A stretch of 64,000 nucleotides of DNA from Macrostomum lignano (lineage: Eukaryota): the NCBI GenBank assembly GCA_002269645.1, contig NIVC01003394.1:35976-99975 (forward strand), in the 5' to 3' direction. Positions 47,661 to 64,000 of the stretch are shown one piece after another (positions within the stretch are counted from its first letter, which is position 1; each line of letters opens with the position of its first letter). The translations under genes and the position numbers were made by a program. The notes beneath the pieces are model-generated. The model was not told the DNA's origin. It saw nothing but the letters and a program-made list of their open reading frames with translations, and searched no databases.

Positions 47661-47760
47661 CTGCGAGAGGATGAAGAGGGCAATATGCTCAAGCGGCTAA
47701 AACGGCCCCTTTAAGACCCACTTTATTAAGGCTATTAAAGGTCATCAAAGTTTGTCTTAC

Positions 47761-47955
47761 CTTGCCCAGCATCCCGGTGACCACCAGGGGCGAGGCCAGA
47801 GCCTCCCTGTCAGCTAGCAGCGGAAATGCCTCTAGAATGCTCTCGCCGTTGACCGTGAACCGGCCGATGCCACCTGAATAGAGCCGGCAGCTGGCTGTTG
47901 CCCATTTGCGCTGACCGTAGGCCTCCGAGTACGGGCGCTGGGTGGCTTCATCAAA
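47761..47955 (-). CDS. MRPS9: MRPS9 exon 6
   Basis: FDEATQRPYSEAYGQRKWATASCRL...GRFTVNG...PLVVTGMLGK. Canonical AG/GT ends, phase 0. Confidence 0.9.
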
Positions 47956-48004
47956 CTGTGGAGAGCAGATGGAGAAGTGCTTTAGAAATTGTTTAAGATT
48001 TGAG

Positions 48005-49150
48005 ATTACTGAAATTCTCAAATTGAGATTAGTGACTGCTCAAATCCTCAATTTGAGATTAGTGACTGCTCAAATAATCAATTTAAGATTAGTGACTGAT
48101 CAAATCCCCAATTTGAGATTAGTGACTGCTCAAATCCTCAATCTGAGATTAGTGACTGCTCAAATCCTCAATCTGAGATTAGTGACTGCTCAAATCCTCA
48201 ATTTGAGATTAGTGACTGCTCAAATCCTCAATTCGAGATTAGTGACTGCTCAAATCCCCAATTTGAGATTAGTGACTGCTCAAATCCCCAATTTGAGATT
48301 AGTGACTGCTCAAATCCCCAATTTGAGATTAGTGACTGCTCAAATCCCCAATTTGAGATTAGTGACTGCTCAAATCCTCAATCCGAGATTAGTGACTGCT
48401 CAAATCGTCAATCTGAGATTAGTGACTGCTCAAATAATCAATTTAAGATTAGTGACTGATCAAATCCCCAATTTGAGATTAGTGACTGCTCAAATCCTCA
48501 ATCTGAGATTAGTGACTGCTCAAATCCCCAATTTGAGATTAGTGACTGCTCAAATCCTCAATTCGAGATTAGTGACTGCTCAAATCCTCAATTCGAGATT
48601 AGCGACTGCTCAAATCCCCAATTTGAGATTAGTGACTGCTCAAATCCTCAATCTGAGATTAGTGACTGCTCAAATCCTCAATCTGAGATTAGTGACTGCT
48701 CAAATCGTCAATCTGAGATTAGTGACTGCTCAAATCGTCAATCTGAGATTAGTGACTGCTCAAATCGTCAATCTGAGATTAGTGACTGCTCAAATCCTCA
48801 ATTCGAGATTATTGACTGCTCAAATCCTCAATTTGAGATTAGTGACTGCTCAAATCCTCAATTCGAGATTATTGACTGCTCAAATCCTCAATTTGAGATT
48901 AGTGACTGCTCAAATCCTCAATTCGAGATTATTGACTGCTCAAATCCTCAATTTGAGATTAGTGACTGCTCAAATCCTCAATTTGAGATTAATGACTGCT
49001 CAAATCCTCAATTTGAGATTAATGACTGCTCAAATCCTCAATTTGAGATTAATGACTGCTCAAATCCTCAATTTGAGATTAGTGACTGCTCAAATCCTCA
49101 ATTTGAGATTAATGACTGCTCAAATCCTCAATTTGAGATTAGTGACTGAG
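48005..49150 (+). repeat. 30-bp minisatellite (CTCAATTTGAGATTAGTGACTGCTCAAATC), about 38 copies, in MRPS9 intron 5
   Basis: Directly visible. Units contain the near-palindrome ATCtCAAtTTGAGAT. Confidence 0.95.
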
Positions 49151-49240
49151 CATATCCTGAGCAAGATGCCCGCCCACTGCTCAAACCCGCCCTACTCAAG
49201 CTATAAATTAACACTGCCGTCAAAGTATTTCAAAACCCAC

Positions 49241-49534
49241 CTGCAGTTCGGGCAGCGGCAGCTCAGTCGCGGTGCCCACAATGACATTGCGGTATTGCAT
49301 AATAAATTCAGACTCTTCGGCAGACAGCGGCATAGCAACCAGAAATTCCAGCGCGGCAATAGCCTGACTGTACTGAGCATCGGACACGGTCTCCAACAGG
49401 CGCTTCTCAATCTGCTGTTTGTCAAGCCAGTGCGAGTTGCTGAGATCCAGGTTGGTTCGCGCCGGCACCAGCCTGCCCGCACGGAGATGCTCGTCCTCTT
49501 TGCGCTTCAGCTGCTCCACTTTCCAGGCGATGTC
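49241..49534 (-). CDS. MRPS9: MRPS9 exon 5
   Basis: DIAWKVEQLK...SHWLDKQQIEKRLLETVSDAQY...EFIMQYR...PELQ. Canonical splice sites. Confidence 0.88.
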
Positions 49535-50363
49535 CTGCAGCAGTTATTCACAATTGCAAACTTATTTACGCTACATATCGGGAAATAATTATATTCGCGG
49601 AAGGGCAGGTGGCTAGCCCCACAGATACTAGAATAACTAGATGGGGCCACTCAGAACATTTGCGTGTAAGCTATTTTCAGTTCAGTAGTAGATTAAACTG
49701 AAGCATTTTAATGTATTTTTAAAGCCGAGGCTCGTTTTATTGGCTGACTCCCCAGCTTGAACCCTCTAACCGCGTTTTTCCACACTACCCCCCGCCCCGC
49801 CCCAATTTTTATTGCCTTTCTCGGAATTCCAGCCTAAAGCTGCCATGTACATTTTCAGTGGACTGGCCAATGTACATTATGGCTGAACCAATTAGCAAGT
49901 TGTTTACGCCTGCAAGCTTGGGGCTTCTAAACTTATCAAAGTAATTTCAGCCGCCTTTATTCTTATAAAATAGCTTATGTATTCTTCTTTGCTACTGAAC
50001 TGAAAGTAGAAAGCTGTTTGAATACGAGGCTCGTATTTATGCCTGAGTATTCTCATCCAAGTTATTTTATTATTCTTGTGGTTTTTTAACAAGCTAATAT
50101 GGCCTCAAGTGGCCCCAAAACATCTTTAACTGGTTCCTACAAGTATATTGCTACATCGTACAAAGATATTTACGCTACATATCGGTAGTTAAAAACTTTC
50201 TATTAGATATGGTGCCACTAGTATAAAACAGTATTATAAAGTAAAGAGAAATAAAATATTATATTAAAGTAAATATTGTCCTGAACTCTATCACAGATGG
50301 TGCTCAGCAAAGTTGATTTCGCTACATATCGGCGGGCATTGAGTAACTTAAAATAACACTCAC

Positions 50364-50443
50364 GCTTAGTAGCTGATAAAAGTTGGGCTGCTTCATGTAA
50401 AACATGCTGTGATTCGGTCTGCCAGTGTAGTCGCATTGCAGAG
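50364..50443 (-). CDS. MRPS9: MRPS9 exon 4
   Basis: (S)LQCDYTGRPNHSMFYMKQPNFYQLLS matches the uS9m 'GRPFH.LFYT' region. atttaag| and |gtgagt sites. Confidence 0.85.
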
Positions 50444-50539
50444 CTTAAATAAGGTTAAATGGGGATTATAACAAATTTGATAATAAAAAGATTGAATCCG
50501 ACATAAAAGCTATAAATTACATCTGTTAAACTGACTTAC

Positions 50540-50570
50540 ATTTTTTCTTAGGAAACACATCTTCTGGAGT
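50540..50570 (-). CDS. MRPS9: MRPS9 exon 3 (31-nt micro-exon)
   Basis: ttcag|ACTCCAGAAGATGTGTTTCCTAAGAAAAAAT|gtaagt encodes TPEDVFPKKK; phases fit both neighbours. Confidence 0.8.
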
Positions 50571-50664
50571 CTGAATTGAAAGAGTTTTTTTTAATTGGTT
50601 TATTTTAACTTAGTACATTTTAATGGTAAAAGTTGAATACTGATTATGATCGAAATACACCTAC

Positions 50665-50727
50665 CGACATGTGAGGCTTCGCTTTAACGTGAAACAAGCC
50701 TGACGGGAACAGGTACTGGATGGCTTT
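50665..50727 (-). CDS. MRPS9: MRPS9 exon 2
   Basis: KAIQYLFPSGLFHVKAKPHMS matches the conserved uS9m 'AI.YL.PSGLF' motif. Canonical splice sites. Confidence 0.88.
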
Positions 50728-50829
50728 CTGCAATGCGAACGAATTAGCGGCGACTGCTGTGGCATCAGCTCTCTCGGCTGTTATACTTGCGAGTGCATTG
50801 AATAAGGAGAGTAAACACAGCTCAGAGCA

Positions 50830-52035
50830 GGGAGGGAGATCCCCGAGGATCAGAGAGAAGGGGTGAGATGAGAGAGGGAGCAGAGAGACGGGGTGAGATG
50901 AGAGAGGGAGCAGAGAGACGGGGTGAGATGAGAGAGGGAGCAGAGAGACGGGGACAGATGTGAGATGGGATCAGAGACAGGAGAGATGGGAGAGGGATCA
51001 GAGAGACTGGGTGAGATGAGAGAGGGATCAAAGAGACACAGGAGAGATGAGAGAGGGATCAGAGACACATGAGAGATGAGATAGGGATCAGAGACACAGG
51101 AGAGATGAGAGAGGGATCGGAGATACAAGGTGGGATGAGAGAGGGATCAAAGAGACGGGGACAGATGAGAGAGGGATCAGACAGATGGGAGAGGGACAAG
51201 AGAGACTGGGTGAGATGAGAGAGAGATCAGAGAGATTGGGTGAGATGGAAAAGGAGTCAGAGAGACAAGGTGAGATGAGAGAGGGAGCAGAGAGACGGGG
51301 ACAGATGGGAGATGGGATCAGAGACACAGGAGAGATGAGAGAGGGATCGGAGATACAAGGTGGGATGAGAGAGGGATCAAAGAGACGGGGACAGATGAGA
51401 GAGGGATCAGACAGATGGGAGAGGGACAAGAGAGACTGGGTGAGATGAGAGAGAGATCAGAGAGATTGGGTGAGATGGAAAAGGAGTCAGAGAGACAAGG
51501 TGAGATGAGAGAGGGAGCAGAGAGACGGGGACAGATGGGAGATGGGATCAGAGACGGGGAGAGATGGGAGAGGGATCAGAGACACAGGAGAGATGAGAGA
51601 GGGATCGGAGAGACAAGATGAGATGAAAGAAGGATCAAAGAGACGGGGAGAGATGAGAGAGGGATCAGAGACACAGGAGAGGGACCAGAGAGACTGGGTG
51701 AGATGAGAGAGGGATCAGAGACACAGGAGAGGGACCAGAGAGACTGGGTGAGATGAGAGAGGGATCAGAGACACAGGAGAGGGACCAGAGAGACTGGGTG
51801 AGATGAGAGAGGGATCAGAGACACAGGAGAGGGACCAGAGAGACTGGGTGAGATGAGAGAGGGATCAGAGACACAGGAGAGGGACCAGAGAGACTGGGTG
51901 AGATGAGAGAGGGATCAGAGACACAGGAGAGGGACCAGAGAGACTGGGTGAGATGAGAGAGGGATCAGAGACACAGGAGAGGGACCAGAGAGACTGGGTG
52001 AGATGAGAGAGGGATCAGAGAGACGGGGAGAGATG
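50830..52035 (+). repeat. Purine-rich degenerate minisatellite in MRPS9 intron 1
   Basis: GAGATGAGAGAGGGATCAGAGAC-based units, with about 48-bp homogeneous units near 51660-52020. Confidence 0.9.
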
Positions 52036-52103
52036 AGGGATCAGAGGGACGCGGAAAAAACCAGGGGGAGGGCAGCAAAGCAGCCTCATCAGCAGCGGCA
52101 AAC

Positions 52104-52445
52104 CTCAATATTCTCCTGCGTGAGGTCGGCCACTGAGACGCCCAGAATGCTGGCCAGAAACCGTTTGCCCAGCTCGAAATTCTCTCTCTCCATTCGGATA
52201 AATTTGTCATAATTTTCAGCGCTCTTCAGATACGCTCGGATGGCGCTGGTCACCTTCACCGCGCGCAGGCTGGCCGCCTTGGGGTCCTCAGACTGCTGCT
52301 GCTGAGGCGCTGGCGAAGTCGGGGGCTTCTGCTGCTGCTGCGCCTTCCTCGGACTGGCAACCGCGGCAGAAGCCGCTGACGAGCGGAACTGGCGGACAGC
52401 TGATTGACAGCCGCGAGTGCAGCAGCCAGCGGCTCCTAGTAGCAT
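52104..52445 (-). CDS. MRPS9: MRPS9 exon 1 (mitochondrial targeting peptide)
   Basis: MLLGAAGCCTRGCQSAVRQFRSS (R/S/A-rich presequence)...AIRAYLKSA...ENFELGKRFLASILG...LTQENIE|gtttgc. The full spliced CDS is 426 aa. Confidence 0.88.
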
Positions 52446-52609
52446 GGCAGCGATGGGTTGGTAAGGTCAGGAGTTTATTTGCCTCGGTTTCACTGGCCAA
52501 AAGCGTGACGCAATGGCTGAGCATGAATGCATTTTTATTGCATATTTTGTTTTATGCTGGTAAAAGAGGAACAATCGGAAAGAGACCTAGGGGATAGAAA
52601 ATGGGATTA

Positions 52610-55229
<2,620 letters not shown>

Positions 55230-56344
55230 TAGGAGAAAAACCCATGATGATGGTAAAGAAAAAAATTAGCCGTACAACAAAGCATTGGAGAACAGACTCC
55301 AGTATTTTACTGCAGGCTTGTACAGTTAGCATATACAATAGCAATGATAACAGTAAGCATATATATATCGATAGATTGCAGCGGAACAAGAATACCAAGC
55401 AGCTGTGTGTTTCACCAGTGTTGCCATGCAGAGATTCAAGTATATAAAACACAGTTTTCATATTTATCAGCTGCAGCAGAGTTGCCAGATACCAAATAGC
55501 TTATAAAACCGGTATACAGATTAGTAAATAATTTTCAATTAGGCTGCGTAAGCACGGCAAATCGAATCGCATAAGGTGAAGGGGCATAATATTATGGCAA
55601 TCCTGAGTCAATGGCATTTCATAATGTGAATAGTGACTGAGTCCAACAAATATTAATTAGCTGGTATTGCACACAAGCTTTGTATATTTTCTACAACTAA
55701 TTTTAACATCAATAAGTTCACAATTTGGATGAATACTTAAAATAATATTGTTATTGTAAAAAAACAAAAATAGGAAAGCATATGCCAATCCGTCTACTGA
55801 CAGTAGGCTTGCACTGCACTTTGTTGGGAAAATTTGAACAAATTGAATATTTGGGTTTAAAGCAAATTGCAAACAGGTAACAAATAAACAAGGTTCAATA
55901 AAAACACAAGTGATAAATTATTGCTCAAAAAACCGCAGATCTTTAATAATAAGATGTCTATATTGCGCAGCAGGGGGTATGCTCAGATAAACGCGAGGTG
56001 AAAATTCATTTACAATCGGTGCCCTTTTGGTAAAGAAATATCATTTGGTCACGTGACAGGTGTAGCTCACTTAGTTCGCACTTCAATCTGATGGTAAGCT
56101 CAGCACGAAAGTGGACCCTGCATAACTGGTTGATTAATTGTTTTCGAAACTTACTTGGGTATTTTGCGATTCGCCAGGAATCTCAGCGGAAATCTCACCT
56201 TAGAAATCGGAGATCTCAACTAAGTAATCGGAAATCTCGCAATCGGAAATCTCACCTAATAAAACGGAAATCTCACTTAAGTAATCGGAAATCTCACCCA
56301 GGTAATCGGAAATCTCACGTTAGAAATCGAAATCTCGCCTAAAT

Positions 56345-57912
56345 AATCATCAGTCTCACCCAGGTAAGCATCAAGCTTAACCAGGTAAGCATCAATCTCA
56401 ACCAGGTAAGCATCAATCTCACCCAGGTAAGCATCAAGCTTAACCAGATAAGCATCAATCTTAACCAGCTAAGCATCAATCTTAACCAGGTAAGCATCAA
56501 TCTTAACCAGATAAGCATCAATCTTAACCAGGTAAGCATCAATCTTAACCAGGTAAGCATCAATCTTAACCAGATAAGCATCAATCTTAACCAGGTAAGC
56601 ATCAATCTTAACCAGGTATGCATCAATCTCAACCAGGTAAACATCAATCTTAACCAGGTAAGCATCAATCTTAACCAGGTAAGCATCAATCTTAACCAGA
56701 TAAGCATCTATCTTAACCAGGTAAGCATCAATCTTAACCAGATAAGCATCAATCTTAACCAGATAAGCATCAATCTCAACCAGGTAAACATCAATCTTAA
56801 CCAGGTAAGCATCAATCTTAACCAGATAAGCATCAATCTTAACCAGGTAAGCATCAATCTTAACCAGATAAGCATCAATCTTAACCAGGTAAGCATCAAT
56901 CTTAACCAGATAAGCATCAATCTTAACCAGGTAAGCATCAATCTTAACCAGGTAAGCATCAATCTTAACCAGATAAGCATCAATCTTAACCAGGTAAGCA
57001 TCAATCTTAACCAGATAAGCATCTATCTTAACCAGGTAAGCATCAATCTTAACCAGATAAGCATCAATCTTAACCAGATAAGCATCAATCTCAACCAGGT
57101 AAACATCAATCTTAACCAGGTAAGCATCAATCATAACCAGGTAAGCATCAATCTTAACCAGGTAAGCATCAATCTTAACCAGATAAGCATCAATCTTAAC
57201 CAGGTATGCATCAATCTCAACCAGGTAAGCATCAATCTTAACCAGGTAAGCATCAATCTTAACCAGATAAGCATCAATCTTAACCAGGTAAGCATCAATC
57301 TTAACCAGATAAGCATCAATCTTAACCAGATAAGCATCAATCTTAACCAGGTAAGCATCAATCTTAACCAGATAAGCATCAATCTTAACCAGGTAAGCAT
57401 CAATCTTAACCAGATAAGCATCAATCTTAACCAGGTAAGCATCAATCTTAACCAGATAAGCATCAATCTTAACCAGATAAGCATCAATCTTAACCAGGTA
57501 AGCATCAATCTTAACCAGATAAGCATCAATCTTAACCAGGTATGCATCAATCTCAACCAGGTAAACATCAATCTTAACCAGGTAAGCATCAATCTTAACC
57601 AGGTAAGCATCAATCTCAACCAGGTAAACATCAATCTTAACCAGGTAAGCATCAATCTTAACCAGGTAAGCATCAATCTTAACCAGGTAAGCATCAATCT
57701 TAACCAGATAAGCATCAATCTTAACCAGGTATGCATCAATCTCAACCAGGTAAACATCAATCTTAACCAGGTAAGCATCAATCTTAACCAGGTAAGCATC
57801 AATCTTAACCAGGTAAGCATCAATCTTAACCAGATAAGCATCAATCTTAACCAGGTAAGCATCAATCTTAACCAGATAAGCATCAATCTCAACCAGGTAA
57901 GCATCAATCTCA
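56345..57912 (+). repeat. 21-bp minisatellite (CCAGGTAAGCATCAATCTTAA), about 74 copies, preceded by degenerate AATCGGAAATCTCA units (56170-56340)
   Basis: Directly visible. Confidence 0.95.
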
Positions 57913-58084
57913 TCTCGCACAGCAGGCAAAGGCAGGTACAAAACTCAACAGTACAAATATAAGCTATAAGGGAGAATGCAACTTCCATTACTCAGAAAAT
58001 CTATAAAAAACTTACAGATAAAAAGCATGCAGCTAACCGTATTAAGTAGCAGAATACACAAGAGGCATTTTCACCGGGCAAGGG

Positions 58085-61440
<3,356 letters not shown>

Positions 61441-61494
61441 TCAATAATGGATTCCTAAGACTGAATTAAGGTTGATTAGCTAATGAGGCCTCAC

Positions 61495-61812
61495 CTTGGT
61501 GTCCAAGACGCCAACCTCGGCGGTCAGGCGACCCAATTCGCGGTTCTGCAAGTCTAACAGCTGAATGAAATCGGCGGACACCACGTTAACCTGATAGGCT
61601 ACGCTGGCCAGAGCCTGAGTAGTGTAGTGCATGGTTTTCTCTAGCGCGGCCTGCCTGTCAGGCGCAGACAGGTAATTCTCTTTGCAGAATTTCGCCACAT
61701 TTCCCAGATTGCAGTAGCTGCGGTCCAGCTCGTTCCGGCTCTCCGTCAGCCGCTGATCCAGATAGTATTTGATCTTGTCGCCGCCCTGGCTGCTGCTGGC
61801 TGGGGCCGACAT
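61495..61812 (-). CDS. ABI: Abl interactor (ABI), exon 1 (WAVE-binding N-terminal coiled coil)
   Basis: ...LDRSYCNLGNVAKFCKENY...ALEKTMHYTTQALASVAYQVN...LLDLQ matches ABI 'ALEETK.YTTQSLASVAYQIN'. Donor AAG|gtgagg, phase 0. Confidence 0.93.
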
Positions 61813-61959
61813 TCCCGCAGTGCTGCTGCAACGGTTGTCGGGGGGGCGTCCTTACTAACTGATTGTCTGCTTCCGGTATTACGCTTTCTACGAGTTCATT
61901 ACTCCTTGCTCGCAATTGCTCGTTTATTACCTCTTTTCTAACGTCCGTATTCCCGTCTC

Positions 61960-62375
61960 ACCTGTCTATTCCCTCTCACCAGCTGTCTATTCCCTCTCAT
62001 CAGCTGTCTATTCCCCTCTCACCAGCTGTCTATTCCCCTCTCATCAGCTGTCTATTCCCCTCTCATCAGCTGTCTATTCCCCTCTCATCAGCTGTCTATT
62101 CCCCTCTCATCAGCTGTCTATTCCCCTCTCATCAGCTGTCTATTCCCCTGTCATCAGCTGTCTATTCCCCTCTCATCAGCTGTCTATTCCCCTCTCATCA
62201 GCTGTCTATTCCCCTCTCATCAGCTGTCTATTCCCTCTCATCAGCTGTCTATTCCCCTCTCATCAGCTGTCTATTCCCCTCTCATCAGCTGTCTATTCCC
62301 CTCTCATCAGCTGTCTATTCCCCTCTCATCAGCTGTCTATTCCCCTCTCATCAGCTGTCTATTCCCCTCTCATCA
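61960..62375 (+). repeat. 22-bp minisatellite (TCATCAGCTGTCTATTCCCCTC) upstream of ABI
   Basis: Directly visible. Confidence 0.93.
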
Positions 62376-62944
62376 CCAGACTCATTTATTCTAAAAGTTA
62401 AGCAAGGGAAATCGCCGAACACAAACATTTATGATAGTAAAAAGAATGCAAACATTAGTTGAGCTATGACAATTTCGTACAAATACAATGAAACAGATTG
62501 ATAACAGTCACGAACAGCGGTAGTATTATAAATTGATGCCTACTGCACTTGTGGATATCCTGGATGTAAAAGTACACAAAAAATAATAAAGGCTACCGAG
62601 AATTACAGGAATTCAGATAATTGTTGGACAACATAACAGCAAACGCTAACAAAATTTCATTGCTTAGAACCAAGTTATAAAGCGATTAAAAATGCAAATT
62701 TCCAGCACGCTAAATTGATTTGAGTACTATAAACAGATGCATAAAAATATAGGAAAATTAAAAGCAAAAACTAAAAATACTAAATAGATTACGAAAGCAA
62801 TGAGTAGTAAAAAATGCTTGTGTGAATATTTAGCGCAAGCACCACTATTTACTCGTGTGAGAGTCTTGCGTCAGATATACAATTACAAAAGTTTAACAGT
62901 TAACGCTGTTTTACTCAAGCGACTGAATCGCGATGCCGGAGGCT

Positions 62945-63736
62945 CAGGGAGGGTTCTAAAGGGAGACTCAGGGAGGTTTAAAGCCGGGTTTAAAGGGAGG
63001 GTCAGAGCCGGTTCTAAAGGGAGGGTCAGAGCCGGTTCTAAAGGGAGGGTCAGAGCCGGTTCTAAAGGGAGGGTCAGAGCCGGTTCTAAAGGGAGGGTCA
63101 GAGCCGGTTCTAAAGAAAGGGTCAGAGCCGGTTCTAAAGGGAGGGTCAGAGCCGGTTCTAAAGAAAGGGTCAGAGCCGGTTCTAAAGGGAGGGTCAGAGC
63201 CGGTTCTAAAGGAAGGGTCAGAGCCGGTTCTAAAGGAAGGGTCAGAGCCGGTTCTAAAGGGAGGGTCAGAGCCGGTTCTAAAGGAAGGGTCAGAGCCGGT
63301 TCTAAAGGAAGGGTCAGAGCCGGTTCTAAAGGAAGGGTCAGAGCCGGTTCTAAAGGAGGGTCAGAGCCGGTTCTAAAGGAAGGGTCAGAGCCGGTTCTAA
63401 AGGGAGGGTCAGAGCCGGTTCTAAAGGAAGGGTCAGAGCCGGTTCTAAAGGAAGGGTCAGAGCCGGTTCTAAAGGAAGGGTCAGAGCCGGTTCTAAAGGA
63501 AGGGTCAGAGCCGGTTCTAAAGGAAGGGTCAGAGCCGGTTCTAAAGGAAGGGTCAGAGCCGGTTCTAAAGGAAGGGTCAGAGCCGGTTCTAAAGAAAGGG
63601 TCAGAGCCGGTTCTAAAGGAAGGGTCAGAGCCGGTTCTAAAGGGAGGGTCAGAGCCGGTTCTAAAGGGAGGGTCAGAGCCGGTTCTAAAGGGAGGGTCAG
63701 AGCCGGTTCTAAAGGGAGGGTCAGAGCCGGTTCTAA
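62945..63736 (+). repeat. 24-bp minisatellite (GGGAGGGTCAGAGCCGGTTCTAAA)
   Basis: Directly visible. One unit is shorter by 1 nt near 63357. Confidence 0.95.
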
Positions 63737-63794
63737 TAGTAAAATTCAAAGAGAATGATACAAATGTTTGTGGTTTGATTCGGTCAAGCCAGGC

Positions 63795-64000
63795 CTAGTA
63801 CAGACTGACAAAATCAGCTTCATCTGACTCGTCCAGCCTCTGCTGCTGCTGATGATGACGCCGCGATGGTTTCTTCTTGACAGCTTCATTAGTCGAAGCA
63901 CGTTTGATGTCTTTTTTAGGTCTTGGCTTCTTCTGCAGTTTCTGCTGTTGCTGAGGCGACTTGCTGTCGGCGACTTGCTGCGGCAGTTTGCGACATTCTG
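63795..64000 (-). CDS. C-terminal fragment of an unidentified gene continuing beyond the window
   Basis: Open frame ECRKLPQQVADSKSPQQQQKLQKKPRPKK...RRHHQQQQRLDESDEADFVSLY* with coding-like GC content. Confidence 0.55.
   Translation of the reverse strand, partial: ECRKLPQQVADSKSPQQQQKLQKKPRPKKDIKRASTNEAVKKKPSRRHHQQQQRLDESDEADFVSLY

Overview
Eukaryotic (metazoan) genomic DNA with spliceosomal introns, GC-rich exons and very large mini/microsatellites. The style suggests a flatworm such as Macrostomum, but that is inference only. Conserved genes: the 3' part of a PQ-loop gene (SLC66A2/PQLC1-like, +), MRPS9 (7 exons, -), an Abl-interactor (ABI, 2 exons, -), and the C-terminus of an unidentified gene at the window end. 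The main unusual content is a co-oriented (-) array of at least seven highly diverged IAP-like genes between about 9.6 and 46.2 kb. They share the layout N-terminal hydrophobic helix, one BIR-like Zn domain, helical linker, UBA-like module, with or without a C3HC4 RING. The array is interrupted by a head-to-head pair of a GT32-type glycosyltransferase and an FkbM-type methyltransferase. Mobile DNA: a near full-length RTE-like LINE whose target-site duplication encloses a 5' 17-bp tandem array, a 5'-truncated second RTE, five copies of one tRNA-derived SINE, and several hAT- and Tc1-like MITEs, one of which contains a 3-kb purine satellite. All exon models were spliced and translated by eye; no database searches were run.
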